Source: Octopus sinensis
Lineage: Eukaryota
Assembly: GCF_006345805.1 (NCBI RefSeq)
Contig: NC_043015.1
Location: 38,936,001 to 39,000,000, forward strand
DNA: 64,000 nucleotides
Direction of reading: 5' to 3'
Below the pieces are notes generated by a model. It saw only the letters and a program-made list of their open reading frames with translations, was not told where the DNA came from and did no database searches. The first letter of the stretch is position 1. The number at the start of each line of letters is the position of its first letter. Shown here one piece after another: positions 38,286 to 51,071 of this stretch. The translations under genes and the position numbers were made by a program.

Positions 38286-41200
38286 GACTCAATGCAGCTG
38301 TGAATTGTTTCCTGCGATAGATTGGTGTCGAGTTCAGAGAATGATTTATCTTTCATTTGACGCGACCGAATACGGAGCAAGGCAGCGTTCGTTGGAGATT
38401 TTGTGGTTTCTGAAGACACCATTACCACTTCGCCAGGATTTATATTTTCACAGTGCACTGAATAGGTGAGAAATATTGTTTTACAGGACGCTCCTTACGC
38501 CATATCTACTTGGGAAAAATAAGCTATTAATTTGCTAACAGAACCCAACAAATAAATAAAATTTCTCGTCGATGAGAATGCGGGGCTGGCAGCGTTCTGA
38601 ATAGATTCAACACTGAACAAATATTTGACTACTCAGATGGGATGTCACAATAATTATTGAATCTCCGTTGAACAAGATTCAATTACACTGATTAATTAGC
38701 CATTCTCTAGATCAAATATAGTCAATTGATGCAATCAAACGAAAGCAATAATAGCGACACAGGTTTTGTGTGTCTAGTAAATAAGGAACACCGGATGTGC
38801 TCCAAGTCGGCCTATTGACAATATATTAGCTCTAGCGTTCTATGTCAACGTGTTATTAAAAAAAATCAAACTTTCCTTTAATGCATGAAGTAAACTGAAT
38901 AAGATGGCTGACGGGGGAAATGTAAAGATGGCGTCAGACGCCAGGATAATGATCGATGCTTTAACATTTGGTAGCTTTAGAAATGGACAATTGTCAGTAT
39001 TTATTTTCCTTTCCTATTTAATAAACTTCAAATAGTGTCCGCCATTTCAGAAAATATTCTAGATTTTTCACAAAGACCCAGGAAATGTTTTAAAATGAAA
39101 CTGTTGATTAAATTCAATCTTACATATGCGCTGAAATTAATTTACGATTAACAGTTTTCTTTCTTTTTTTTCCACAAGAAAATACAAAAAAACAAAGAAA
39201 CCTAAATATTGACAAATATGGTTGTTGTTGCTCTGCTTCACAATGGCGACTACGAAGGTAGCTCTAACGTGTCTATAAACATACAGAAAGTGAAAACTTA
39301 GTTTTGATTAACCAAGGGATGACGGCCTCGCCGATTACCCACATCGCAATGTGTGTGTGTGGGGGGAGTAAATATGTTTGGTGTAATAGGTCTGGGGTAA
39401 CGTTTTTGTATTAGAAAACTCCCATAGAGTCACTATATGCCATAGCTTTTCGATTTACTGTTATCAATATTAATGTCGATATGTTGGCTGTTGAGCAATC
39501 ACATCAACCGCAATCTACACACAAGCAGACATACTCAATGTTGCCAGGGGGCCGAATATATAAAAAAATTTTTTTTGTTTAAATTTAGCAAATTTTTGTG
39601 CAGTTCTTGTATTATATTTGCATATAAATTCTTTATTGCAATACAGGTAAATTTCTAAAGTTGTTTTTTTTTTGTAGGCTTGTTTGTGTGATACCTTTGT
39701 GACTGTGTTCTTTCACTTGAGCAGACTGCAATAGCAATCGGGTCGAGTGAAGGAAATTTTGCCAAAACTAGATTAATCAAGAAACGTTTTACTTGTTCCA
39801 GAAGCATCGAGGATCACTATCGTACCCGAGTGAAATGTCAGAGGTAGCTTGATCCGTGTATTTCTTTTTATCTGGAACCAAGACAAGTTCCTTTTGGTAG
39901 ACATACTGTTCTAGTTGTTGGATGTCATAGCTGGCTGCCTGAAGAATCTCTCGACTAAAAATTGTGGCTGCACTTCGTACTGTCACCGATAGTCCACATT
40001 ATACAAGATCTTTGCCAGCCATGATCTACATAGTACTTCCAATGAGGATCAGGCCTTGGTTGCACGGGGAAGAAGTTAAATTTTAGGTGTGTGTGTGTGT
40101 GTTTTCATCTTGTGTTTGATGCAATCATATTGTCTTGGTGATTATTTCAAAGTTGTTGAGGATTCGGTGGTGAACGGACGCAGAAAGTAAAAGTAAAGAG
40201 GCTCGTAATCTTGTTTGGAGGATGCACTCTTCCAGTCAGTACCAAATTCCGTGAGGCACCTTGACTGGCAAACTTCGCGAAATATTGTACAAATATAGCA
40301 AAGAACTGTTTTCAAGTATCTGAATGAGGCTGGACCGAGAATTTGAGCGAGAATTATATGCAATTTAAACAGGTTATTAAAATTCCTCGTCTAAAAATCA
40401 AATTCCTCTACTGTAACGGGGATACGGGGACGTTTAAGAAACCACCACCACAAAATATGGTTTCAGAGGCAAGTAAAGAAGGAAGAAGAGGAGAGTGTAG
40501 CGAAAGATGTAATCATCTAAATTTCACGTTGTTTCAAGTCAGAGAGAATCTATCAAATATGGAGCAATTATATTATTTATTACATCGTATTGATTAAAGA
40601 ATTTAATTAAGCTATGCTTATTAATCACTTAGCAAAATACAAAAAGTCAAATATCTAGGGACACGCTCTACAGGAAAGCCGAATGGTATAGCAGCTGTTA
40701 GTATAATATAAAAGAATTAAGAAGTGTTAATTAATTAGAATTCTATACGTTGTGAGAAAGCCAAGTGATTATGCTAATGCATGCCTTAATTTTCCTCTGA
40801 CAGCGAATAATAAAAACGCTTTGCTGTAGAGGTTTGATAACACCGAAACATTTCCAGAGTTATCTCTCTTTAGTTCAAAGCCAAGATTCAATCATCAAAC
40901 CTAATGATTCTTTCCCCTCACTCCAGGTGGAATTTTAATCAATTAATCTGTGTAGACTCATTACATCTGTAAACCAGCCTCAAGGCAATTCACAGCAGTG
41001 TCATGGACGAGCAATCACAAGGACTCTTCGCTTTATTAAAAACTTCACATTTTTTTCACCTAATACTTACACACATAGATATATGTATGTATGTATATAT
41101 GCACACAGATACACACAATTATACACACATATACATACATACACACACATAGATAGGTGTATATATATATATACACACACACGCACGCACATAGATAAAC

Positions 41201-41666
41201 GCACATTTACTTATATATATATATATATATATATACGTACGCAGGTACATAAACGCAGCTATATACGCAGACATGTATACATATATACACAAATATATAT
41301 ATATAATATATATATATATATATAATATATATATATATATATACACATACATGTATACTTACACAAATATATGTATGTATGTATATATATATATATATAT
41401 ACACTCACACACACGCACACACATTTTATACACACACACATAAAAAGACCCCTTCTGTTATGAATGACCATGGGATTGCACCTGAAAAGTTACCCTCCGA
41501 GGCACAAATCTGGGCAGGGTTGTTCATGGAAGACCAGCAGTTGCCCATGCATACCAGCCTCCCCTCTCCACATCACCGATGTTATCCTAGGGAAAGGCAC
41601 GCACATATGCATACTCACACACACGTACACAAACATACACGTAAATATATATATATATACACATAC

Positions 41667-41742
<76 letters not shown>

Positions 41743-42689
41743 GCATACATACACACACATATATAAACATATATAGGTACACATATATTCATACATATGC
41801 ACATATACGCATACATATACACATATATACTCACATACATATACACACACTTGTATACACAATTGAGAAGAGATGTTGTATACAAAAATGGTCGTGAAGA
41901 AATCAGAAAAAAGTTGAAACTGTAATCACTATTGTTGCTTACGACAGCTGTTTATGTATCACAGTCTGCAAGTGACACAGAAGCCTCCACAAGGCCACTC
42001 ATTTAGCTAGAAGTAACAATCGTATTTTCCTCAAATCTCACCCTACCATCTTATTAAACGAAACCCCCGATTTAAACCTCAGCTATAACCGTGTTGGACT
42101 TCTTAAGTAATATATGTTACAATACAGACTAATACAGCATTGTAAATTTACTTATGAAACCATTGCTTGCTTGTGACAGTTATATATATTATTAATGAAG
42201 AGAGATGGCAGTACAAAGTCGATTAATGCTGCAATAATTAAAATTTAATACAGCCAGAAGAGATTCGGTAATTTAGTCAGAACGGCAAAGAGCTATAAAT
42301 AATCCTTATTGATTGTCCAGAGTTTAGAGGGAAGTTCCTCTTGAATTCTTTCCTTCCAGTGGCTGGGCTGACATTGACCATAAATTTGTTGAAATACTCG
42401 GACGTTTGCTCAAGGCATTCCGAAGCTTATCACAGGTTTTTGTCACATTCCGGAAAACCCGATTTTTTTCCTTCCGTGCCAGAACTTCGTTCCGCAACTG
42501 AAACAGATGCGATAAGGTATCTTATCAAATGGATCAATACTTAATCGAACCTGAATGAATGAAAGCAAAGTTGACCTTGGTGCGATTTGAAGTTATAGAT
42601 TTGAGGGCCGGGGCAGATACCGTAAAGTATCCGACCTGATGTTCGAAGGGCTCGGCCAGTCCGAAGACTATCCTTAGAGATGCACATGA

Positions 42690-43030
42690 AGAATGTTTGA
42701 AGGATCTTGGGAATAGGAAGTTCGCTAGCGGTCCCCAGCCGCAAGAATTCATCTACGGGGCAATTACCCTAGCCCCCATTCAGGATTGGCGGGGGCGATG
42801 TTGTGGACAACGGGAAACCTGGCTGGTGACAGTCGGGGCTGATCTGGAACCCAACCTAGCCCGCCCCCATGTCTACGGCGTTCGCCGCTGGAATAGGGAG
42901 TGGTTGGAGATCACGCGGTCGTTAGCCTCAGATCGCCAGGCCTGGTCGGCGTTTGTGAGAGATGCACCATTAAGGATGAATGAAGCCAGTTCAACCCACC
43001 CCGGGTGAATGCTGCACAAGTAAGTAAGTA
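42690..43030 (+). mobile_element. RTE-type LINE 3' end with (TAAG)n tail
   Basis: GQRETW..DL..YGVRRWNREW..LASDRQAW, then AAGTAAGTAAGTAA. Confidence 0.7.
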
Positions 43031-43583
43031 ATCCTTAGAGAGGAAATATAAAAATTTCACTTATGGCATCTTACCTATGGCATCTTATGAAATCAACTAT
43101 TAATTCTTCTTATTACATTGTTCTTTAACTGTAGATTACATGGCCTTGTCTCCGATATGTCAATGCACGTGACACTTAAGTGGGACCACCATAAATAAGG
43201 AGAACTCTCCAACGAAGGGTTTCAACCATAACTTTAATCCATCTTTAATCCAATAAAGCGCCATATTGTCTCATTCAATGATCCAAGAATGGATACGCTT
43301 CATTAGGGATTTGCCTTTGATTTTCTGGTTGTTGTTTAACCCTAGGTCAGCTCAGAATAGACAGATCTACGATCATAAATCAGTATATTTATGGCCATAC
43401 CGTTTGCTTGGACAATATTCACCAACATTATTGGTAACTTAAAATCGAACTTGATTTCAGCTGCTGTACGATGGCGATAAATGATGTCAGGTGGGGAATT
43501 AATAATTTCCTCGCAAATATAGCACTATCTGCCGTACTTTATTTATAAATACAGATATATTTAGCTATTTGCACCTTATGCGT

Positions 43584-43878
43584 GGAGGTACATGGCCTAG
43601 TGGTTAGAGCAGCGGACTCGCGGTCGAGGGATCGCGGGTTCGAATCTCAGACCGGGCGATGTGTGTGTTTATGAGCGAAAAACCTAAACTCCACGCGCCT
43701 TCCGGCAGAAGGTAATGGTGAACTTCTGCTGAGTCTTTCACTACAACTTTCTCTCATTCTTTCCTCCTGCATCTTACAGCTCACCTGCGACGGACCCGCG
43801 TCCCGTCCAGGTGGGGAACCTATACGCCAAGGAAACCAGGAAACCGGCCCTATGAGCCAGGCATGGCTCGAGAAGGAA
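43584..43878 (+). mobile_element. SINE family A relative (third tail type)
   Basis: TGGCCTAGTGG...GGTTCGAATC head and shared core; different 3' part. Confidence 0.8.
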
Positions 43879-44585
43879 ATTTGCACCTCATTCTCTCCCA
43901 ACCATCTCTTTGTTTTTCTACCTTTACTTCCTCAGTTGTTCCTCCTCCCCACCACCATCATTCTTACATTCCCCTTGATACCCTGTCCTTTGAGTTGAAC
44001 ATCAAATTATAACCCCAGTGAAGTTTGTTTTTGAGAAACAGTAAAATCTGGTCCAGAGATCAACACCACAACATTTATTGCATAACAATTTTGATTAACA
44101 ATAGTAAAAAAAAAAAACGTTTCTTCTTTCTTCAAACATTTTTGAGGAAAAAGCCTCAACTAGTAACAACTCGGTGGAACAAAGTTCAGCCCAAAATAGG
44201 ATAAATATGTTAGTGAAACAAATAAAAGGGTTAAAACTGAACTAAAATATAACAGAAAAATTACCTTATTGCAATCGGTTTGGAGGTGAGCAGGTCAGGT
44301 TAGGGTACAACAAGCAGGGTCGAAATCGGAAACTCGAGCAACACAGCCAAACAGTCTGAGCTGGGTTTTCTGAATCGTACAAGTAACAGGATACATCCCG
44401 GGTTCTGAGCAGAGTCGTTGGTTGGTCACGAAACCCGACCATGACGGGGCGTAGCTGCAGAGCAAAAGAATGAAGAGGAATGGTATATAAATGGGTATTT
44501 TCCTGAATAGAATCCAATATTGAGACAGGGATGTCAGTTCCGTGGTAATTTCGTAACTCTGAGACTGGTTACTGTAAAATGGTAG

Positions 44586-44848
44586 GGTACTAGTAGCGTA
44601 GACTGGACCCGGTTTGCGCACACGCGCAGACGCGTGTCCGCGCTAGCCAGACGTAGGCAGTCGATCCTACGAGCTGACTGGCGCATGCACGATATATACT
44701 TGTATCGATATATACTTGTATATATCGAATACAAGTATATATCGTGCATGCGCCAGTTAGCCCGTAGGATCGACTGCCTACGTCTGGCTAGCGCGGACAC
44801 GCGTCTGCGCGTGTGCGCAAACCGGGTCCAGTCTACGCTACTAGTACC
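44586..44848. mobile_element. 263-bp hairpin MITE, Mutator/MULE-like
   Basis: Near-perfect palindrome GGTACTAGTAGCG...CGCTACTAGTACC, flanked by a perfect 9-bp direct repeat AAATGGTAG (44577-44585 and 44849-44857). Confidence 0.88.
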
Positions 44849-45482
44849 AAATGGTAGTCTGTGAGAGATTCCAAAGGGTAAAGTAATCCATTTTTTGAAA
44901 ATAATAAACTTTTGATGGGCTACAATTGTCAGTAAGGGTCATGAGCAATGTTGGAAGTCTATTGCCAATCGCCCTGCCTTCGAAATAATTTCGCACTGCG
45001 AGTAGAAAGGAAATCGAGCAAACTTGTTTAACAAAATTGTTTTATTTTTAAAGAAGTTCGTACCATGCGAGGAAAAGGGTGGCAGACTGCTTCAAGCTTT
45101 CTTCTCAATGTAGCTTTTAGTTTTATGCAAATTATTATCTGCCTAAATTACGTATGACCGTTGAATTACGTTCGTGTGAGTCATGGGTTCGAATCCCACA
45201 AATAACAATTTATCTTTCGGATGATACATTAATTCCCGTTACATTAGACTGTAAATAATAAAATAAAATATTTTCATTATTATTGCCAACACTAATTAAT
45301 AAGGCTTCTGACTGATTGATGAAACAAGTGGAAAAAAAAAACACTTGTGAACTGTTAATAGCTCAGAAAACATCTTTTGTATTGGATTGCTGCAGAAAGC
45401 TTTCTGCTAAAAGAATAGAATTTGATTTTATGAATATGTTGAGGATCGAGATGGAATTAAAGCTGAGTTGATGCACGCACTC

Positions 45483-46061
45483 ACATATACATACATACAT
45501 ACATACATACATACATACATACATACACACATACATACATACACACATGCATACACACATACATACATACATACATACATACATGCATACCCACATACAT
45601 ACACACATACATACATACATACACACATACATACATACATACAACATACATACATACATACATACATACAACACACATACATACATACATACATACATAC
45701 ATACATACATACATGCATACCCACATACATACACACATACATACATACATACACACATGCATACACACATACATACATACATACATACATACATGCATAC
45801 ACACATACTTACACACATACATACACACATACATACATACATACATACATACATACATACACACATGCATACACACATACATACATACATACATACATAC
45901 ATACATACATACATACATACATACATACATACATACATACATACGTACATACAAAAACACCCTGTTGATGTTGAAATTCCAGTGAAGGAGCCTTGGACCT
46001 AGGCTAGAAACCGACTCTTTCTCTATTGGCAAGAAATTTTGAAATGAAAATGAATAATGAC
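45483..46061 (+). mobile_element. Second 3' UTR copy of the same element: (TACA)n plus terminus
   Basis: 45959-46061 is the reverse complement of 17836-17940. Confidence 0.65.
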
Positions 46062-46393
46062 ACACACACACACACAACACAGAATGAAAACGTGAAATTC
46101 TCTGTTTATCCAGCCATATTTTTTTATAAAGTAGAACATATTTCTCCAGCATCATCTCTTTTGGTGCAAAGCCAGAGAGAGAAAGGTTGCTACCCAAGGA
46201 GATACTTGTATTCCGTCGCTCATCAACCAAATATATTCTACATACATTAAAATGGTGTATATATATGTATAATGCAGAGGATTTCTCTGCCGTTGCAATG
46301 AAGTCTATGGTTCTTTACAGAACAGTGTTCGCTAGTTTCTCATATATTTTTTTATATTCTAATTTATATTTCTTGTTCTTTTTCTTTGTTCAG

Positions 46394-47050
46394 GTTTGGT
46401 TCCAGAATCGCAGAGCAAAATGGCGCAAGAAAGAAAAGGTCGGTCCCCAATCCCATCTTTATGGCCCCTATTCCAATAACCTGAATGTTGGACGCGTTGG
46501 AGTGTTGCCCAGCCATCAAAGTTATGCGGATCTCTTGATGAAATCCTACGAAAACCATATCCTTGGTCGATACACTCTGGCCTCGGCCCAGGGTGCGAAC
46601 CCACAGTTCTCACCCCCAACAGCAGCTGCTGCAGCTGCTGCTGCCGCTGCTGCCGCCGCAGCCGGGTTTTACAGTCCTATGGCGTTAGCAGCAGCAGCGG
46701 GGTTGTCGTCCACGTCATCGTCTCAGATAAGATCTTTTCCTTCGTTCAGCACACATTTACCTCCTCCTGGCTCTTTCCAGCATCTTTTGGCAAGTATGAC
46801 GTCAACGGCGGCAAAGACCCGCGATGGCAACAGTAACGGCAACGGGTCGCCTGCCAGCAACAACGTTAGTTCTGGAGAGTCGACATCGGCGTCACAATCT
46901 CCGCCAACCACGGCAGGACTGACGGTAACCTCGGGAAGTTTCGCTGACGCTGACAGACGTTCATCAAGTATAGCTGCTCTTCGAATGAGAGCCAGAGAAC
47001 ACGAAATTAGGCTCGGGCTTAATGGCAAATGTAACAGTATTGTTTATTAA
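46394..47050 (+). CDS. Arx: Arx last coding exon: recognition helix VWFQNRRAKWRKKE (Q50), poly-Ala, OAR domain, stop
   Basis: Polypyrimidine acceptor ttctttttctttgttcAG (46392-46393). 14 Ala codons at 46622-46663, OAR motif SSSIAALRMRAREH at 46961-47002, TAA at 47048-47050. The spliced homeodomain differs from recalled human ARX at only about 3 of 60 positions. Confidence 0.96.
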   Translation, partial: VWFQNRRAKWRKKEKVGPQSHLYGPYSNNLNVGRVGVLPSHQSYADLLMKSYENHILGRYTLASAQGANPQFSPPTAAAAAAAAAAAAAAGFYSPMALAAAAGLSSTSSSQIRSFPSFSTHLPPPGSFQHLLASMTSTAAKTRDGNSNGNGSPASNNVSSGESTSASQSPPTTAGLTVTSGSFADADRRSSSIAALRMRAREHEIRLGLNGKCNSIVY

Positions 47051-47700
47051 GGGGCGAATATTTGGGGGAAAAAAAAGAAAGAAAACAACAAAATATTGTA
47101 AAATTTACAACTAAATTTATAACAACGAAATTCTGTGAAATTTAGAGAAAATAACTGCATTAATTCCATTGATTAACTAATATTTGTTCAAAAACTAAAT
47201 GGAAAGATAAGGGAGTTTCTTTGTTTTTTTTTATTTACATTAACATTTTTCTACCTGCCAAATTTCGCATTTAATTACAAAGATTCGAGAAATCCAAGAC
47301 GGAAAAACTGAACAAAATACAAAAAAAACAAAACAAAACAAACAAAAAACAAACATGAAACTGAGAATATAAAGTCAAAAAAGCAGCCGTTTGCTTTTTT
47401 TCACTTCCAACAGTAAAATTGTACAACAAACTGTAGGAAAAATGCAATATTAAACAAGAACAATTCTGGAAGGACATTTTTGTTTCAGATCCTTTGATAT
47501 TGTATCGCCAGAAATAATTTTAAATTGTACTGCAAAAAACTACAAAAAAAAAAACGCAAACAAAACTAGTTTTTATCGCATAACAAGACGAAAGGTCGTG
47601 TTCCATGGACGATAGAGTCTTTTAATTATTCCATCGACCAATTTGATCAAAAATCTTCATTCTCTTTCCACAGTATTTCCGATCTCTTTTCACTGATGTC
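47051..47700 (+). other. Probable Arx 3' UTR
   Basis: Repeat-free A-rich sequence after the stop codon, with ATTAAA near 47448. The true end is not determinable from sequence. Confidence 0.5.
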
Positions 47701-47906
47701 CATGTATGGATGTACGTAATTCTGTGTATGTGTTCGTGTGATATGTGTGTGTATGGTTCTTCTGTGTATGTCTGAGACAAGATGTGCATGCATGTGTGTG
47801 TGTACATATCTATCTATATATACATGTATGTATATACACGTATGTATATATATGTATATATGTGTGTATATATATATATAATATATATATATATATACAT
47901 ACATAC

Positions 47907-47956
<50 letters not shown>

Positions 47957-47978
47957 TATATATATATATATATATATA

Positions 47979-48081
47979 AAGTAGTACCTCGGTAGTAAAT
48001 CGTGCTTTATATATATATACATTTATATATAAAGCACGATTTGTTCGTGATCAGAGGCGTTCGTAAACCGAGGTACTACTG
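47979..48081. mobile_element. Tiny pogo/Tigger-type MITE remnant in (TA)n
   Basis: TIRs AGTAGTACCTCGGT / ACCGAGGTACTACTG followed by TA. Confidence 0.6.
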
Positions 48082-48113
48082 TATATATATATATATATAT
48101 ATAATATATTATA

Positions 48114-48157
<44 letters not shown>

Positions 48158-48280
48158 ATATATATATATGTATGTATGTATGTATATATATATATGTATA
48201 TATGTGTGTATATATATATATGTATATATGTATATATATATATATATATATACATATATGTATATATATATGTATATATG

Positions 48281-48338
<58 letters not shown>

Positions 48339-48669
48339 TGTATATATATATTATATATATATATATATTATATATATATATATATTATATATATATATAT
48401 ATATCTATATATATATATATATATATATACATTTATATATATATCAAAGACATATATACATATATATGTATATTTGTATTTGTATATCTATGTGTGTGTG
48501 TGTGTATGCATGTGGCTATGTGCGCGTATGTCTATGTGTGAACGTGAGCAAGCACAGGTGTTTATTTAATTAAAATCATATATTTCGAATTGCCTGATAA
48601 TCTTTTTCTGTTCTTGTATTTGATTTGCAAAATTCTTGATGTGAACACGTCGTGTTGAAACACATTTTC

Positions 48670-49346
48670 TTGTACCTTGGTCGATGGGTGGAGGTGGGGG
48701 AGGTCATAACGCCTGTAATAAACACAAGCACTGGTTTTATCTCACCTCCTTATTATTAGCCAATTGCTAAGTTATTTAACCAACCAATTAATCGGGTGCT
48801 TGCTTAATCAGTCGCTTAATCAATCAATCAGTCGTTTGTCAAAGTCCTTTCGTCGCTTTTCGCGACCTCATCAATGACATGCTCCTTTTCAAGTCTGTCT
48901 GTTGTTTGGTTCCTATTTGTGTAGTATTTTAGGCGTCGGGCTGGCAGAGTTGTTAACACGTCAAGCAAAATGATTTGTGGCGTTTCGTCTGTCTTTATGT
49001 TCTGAGTTCAAATTTCGCCGAGGTCGACTTTGCCTTCCATCCTTTCGGTGTCGATAAAATAATTACCATTTGGGCACTGGAGTTGATGTAATCGACTTAG
49101 TCTCCCTCCTCCGAAATTGTTGACCCAATGCCAAAATGTAGAATCAATATTTATATAGTATAGCCATATATCTCTCTCTCTCCCTCTCTGTTTCTCATGT
49201 ACATGACTGATTGATTAACCGAATGATTAAGCAAGCAATCTATTAGTTTGCTGGTTAAATAAGTAATCGATTGACTAATAGGAAAGAAATGAAACAGAAC
49301 CAGTGCGTGTGGTTATTACTGACGTGATGACCCTCCCAAGATACAA
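48670..49346. mobile_element. Diverged foldback element with a SINE C inserted in its spacer
   Basis: 48670-48833 is an approximate reverse complement of 49205-49346. Confidence 0.65.
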
Positions 49347-49373
49347 TCTTTTTTCTGTTTATTCTCAGTTTTC

Positions 49374-49406
<33 letters not shown>

Positions 49407-50764
49407 ACAATAGCAACGAGAGCTTCAACTACAACTGTTTAGTAACTAACTGATTTGAACTGAATTCCATTTTCCTCCTTTTATCCCACTTTTCTCCCTC
49501 TTTTCTCCCCCTATATTCCCTGATGTTCTACACTGAAGATCAAAGGTTAATAACGTTTAAGACTTGTCAGCTAAATATATCCACAATGACACTGCAAGCA
49601 TCTTAAGCCAATATGCAAACCTCTATCCATCTTTATACACGACCTCGACACTATCTTCATGTATCACTTCTCTTATATGATCTCCATACCATCCTAATAT
49701 ATTCTGTGCTAACTTCATACTTGGCCTCTGTTGCGTCATATTTCCTTACACGACTTCCAAACTCTCTTCATATCTGGCCTCTGTACCATCTCCGTACGTA
49801 ATCTCTACCCTCTCTTTCTGTTTTATATCACATGAAGCCAGAACATTCGCCTGTGGCTCTTTATCAGAGGCAAAGCAGCAATCATACTTCGCCATTTGCC
49901 TGTTATCCAGAGCTGCTAGGAGAAGGGGTAAGTTATCCTCGGACCAAAGACCAGAGACCTGAATCCTTCCAACTGAACAGCACCAAGTGATGGTATTAAA
50001 CCTGGTTACCGATTCCTTTCAATGTGTTCCTTGTGTTTTAAAACTGTTTATTACAAATCTGTCGTCTCAGGAATAATTTGTCTAAAATATCTAAAATTGA
50101 TTTCGGAAAAAGGTTGCGAATGACACTTTTGAATAATTTGGAAAACTGATGAAGAATACATAAACGGGTAGCAGCTTTATAGAGAGGGATCTGTAATAGA
50201 CGCCCTACGGGGACCACCGTTGTAAGTCGGTTGATCATATTTAAGCTAACCTTTGCGGCATTTCGTCCGTCTTCGTGTTCTGAGTTCAAATTCCGCCAAG
50301 GTCGACTTTGCTTTCTATCCTATCGGGGTCGATAAAATAAATACCAGTTAAGCACTGGCGTCGACGTAATCGACTTTCCTCCCTCCCCCGAAATTGCTGA
50401 CCTTGTGCCAAAATATGAAACCAACATTAAAGCTAACGCCATTTTAGTAATTGGTCTGGGCTAGTGACCTGAATAAAAATTTATTTTTTCAATGGAATGA
50501 AATTGTCTGGATTTACCAAGCTTAAAAGACTATCATTGACATCTAAGTTAAAGATATAATCACCACACCTCTTACTCACATTTGAACATATACAAATAAG
50601 AACTTCACGACACAATCCATAATGCGCACATGTAAATGTTACATAAAAAGGAATGAGCAGATTTATGTTTTTGAAATATATATAATACATAAATAGAGAC
50701 AGATGGCGCGTTAAAGTATCATAAAAGCATGAAAATATTAATAGCTCTTACACTTGCCTATTAG

Positions 50765-50824
<60 letters not shown>

Positions 50825-50984
50825 TGTGTATACTTTGGGTATGGTAGATGAGTTCAGCAAAAATTTAGATTCAGATGAATATGGTGCTTAAGTTGAGGCA
50901 CCAGAATTTAGTACGGTATTATCCATACAATTTCAAAGTAAGGTGGTTAAAATCAAAATAAGCAACAAGGATATCCAGAGGTAA

Positions 50985-51071
50985 TGCAGTACGATCGTTT
51001 CATGCAACTCCATTTAATTGGACAATGCAATCAATAAATCAATTTAAAATGCAGAGCAATCCTCAGCTGCA
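50985..51071 (-). ncRNA. Type-I hammerhead with long stem II and palindromic stem III
   Basis: Minus strand: tgcag CTGAGGA ttgc...gcat GAAA CGATCG TA ctgca. Lies in an element that starts next to (GT)n at ~50830. Confidence 0.75.

Noticed and set aside
46187-46393. N-terminal 69 aa of the 287-aa ORF
   Set aside because: Intronic read-through upstream of the acceptor at 46393.
46723-47028. Antisense ORFs over the last Arx exon
   Set aside because: Expected shadow ORFs of a GC-rich coding exon.
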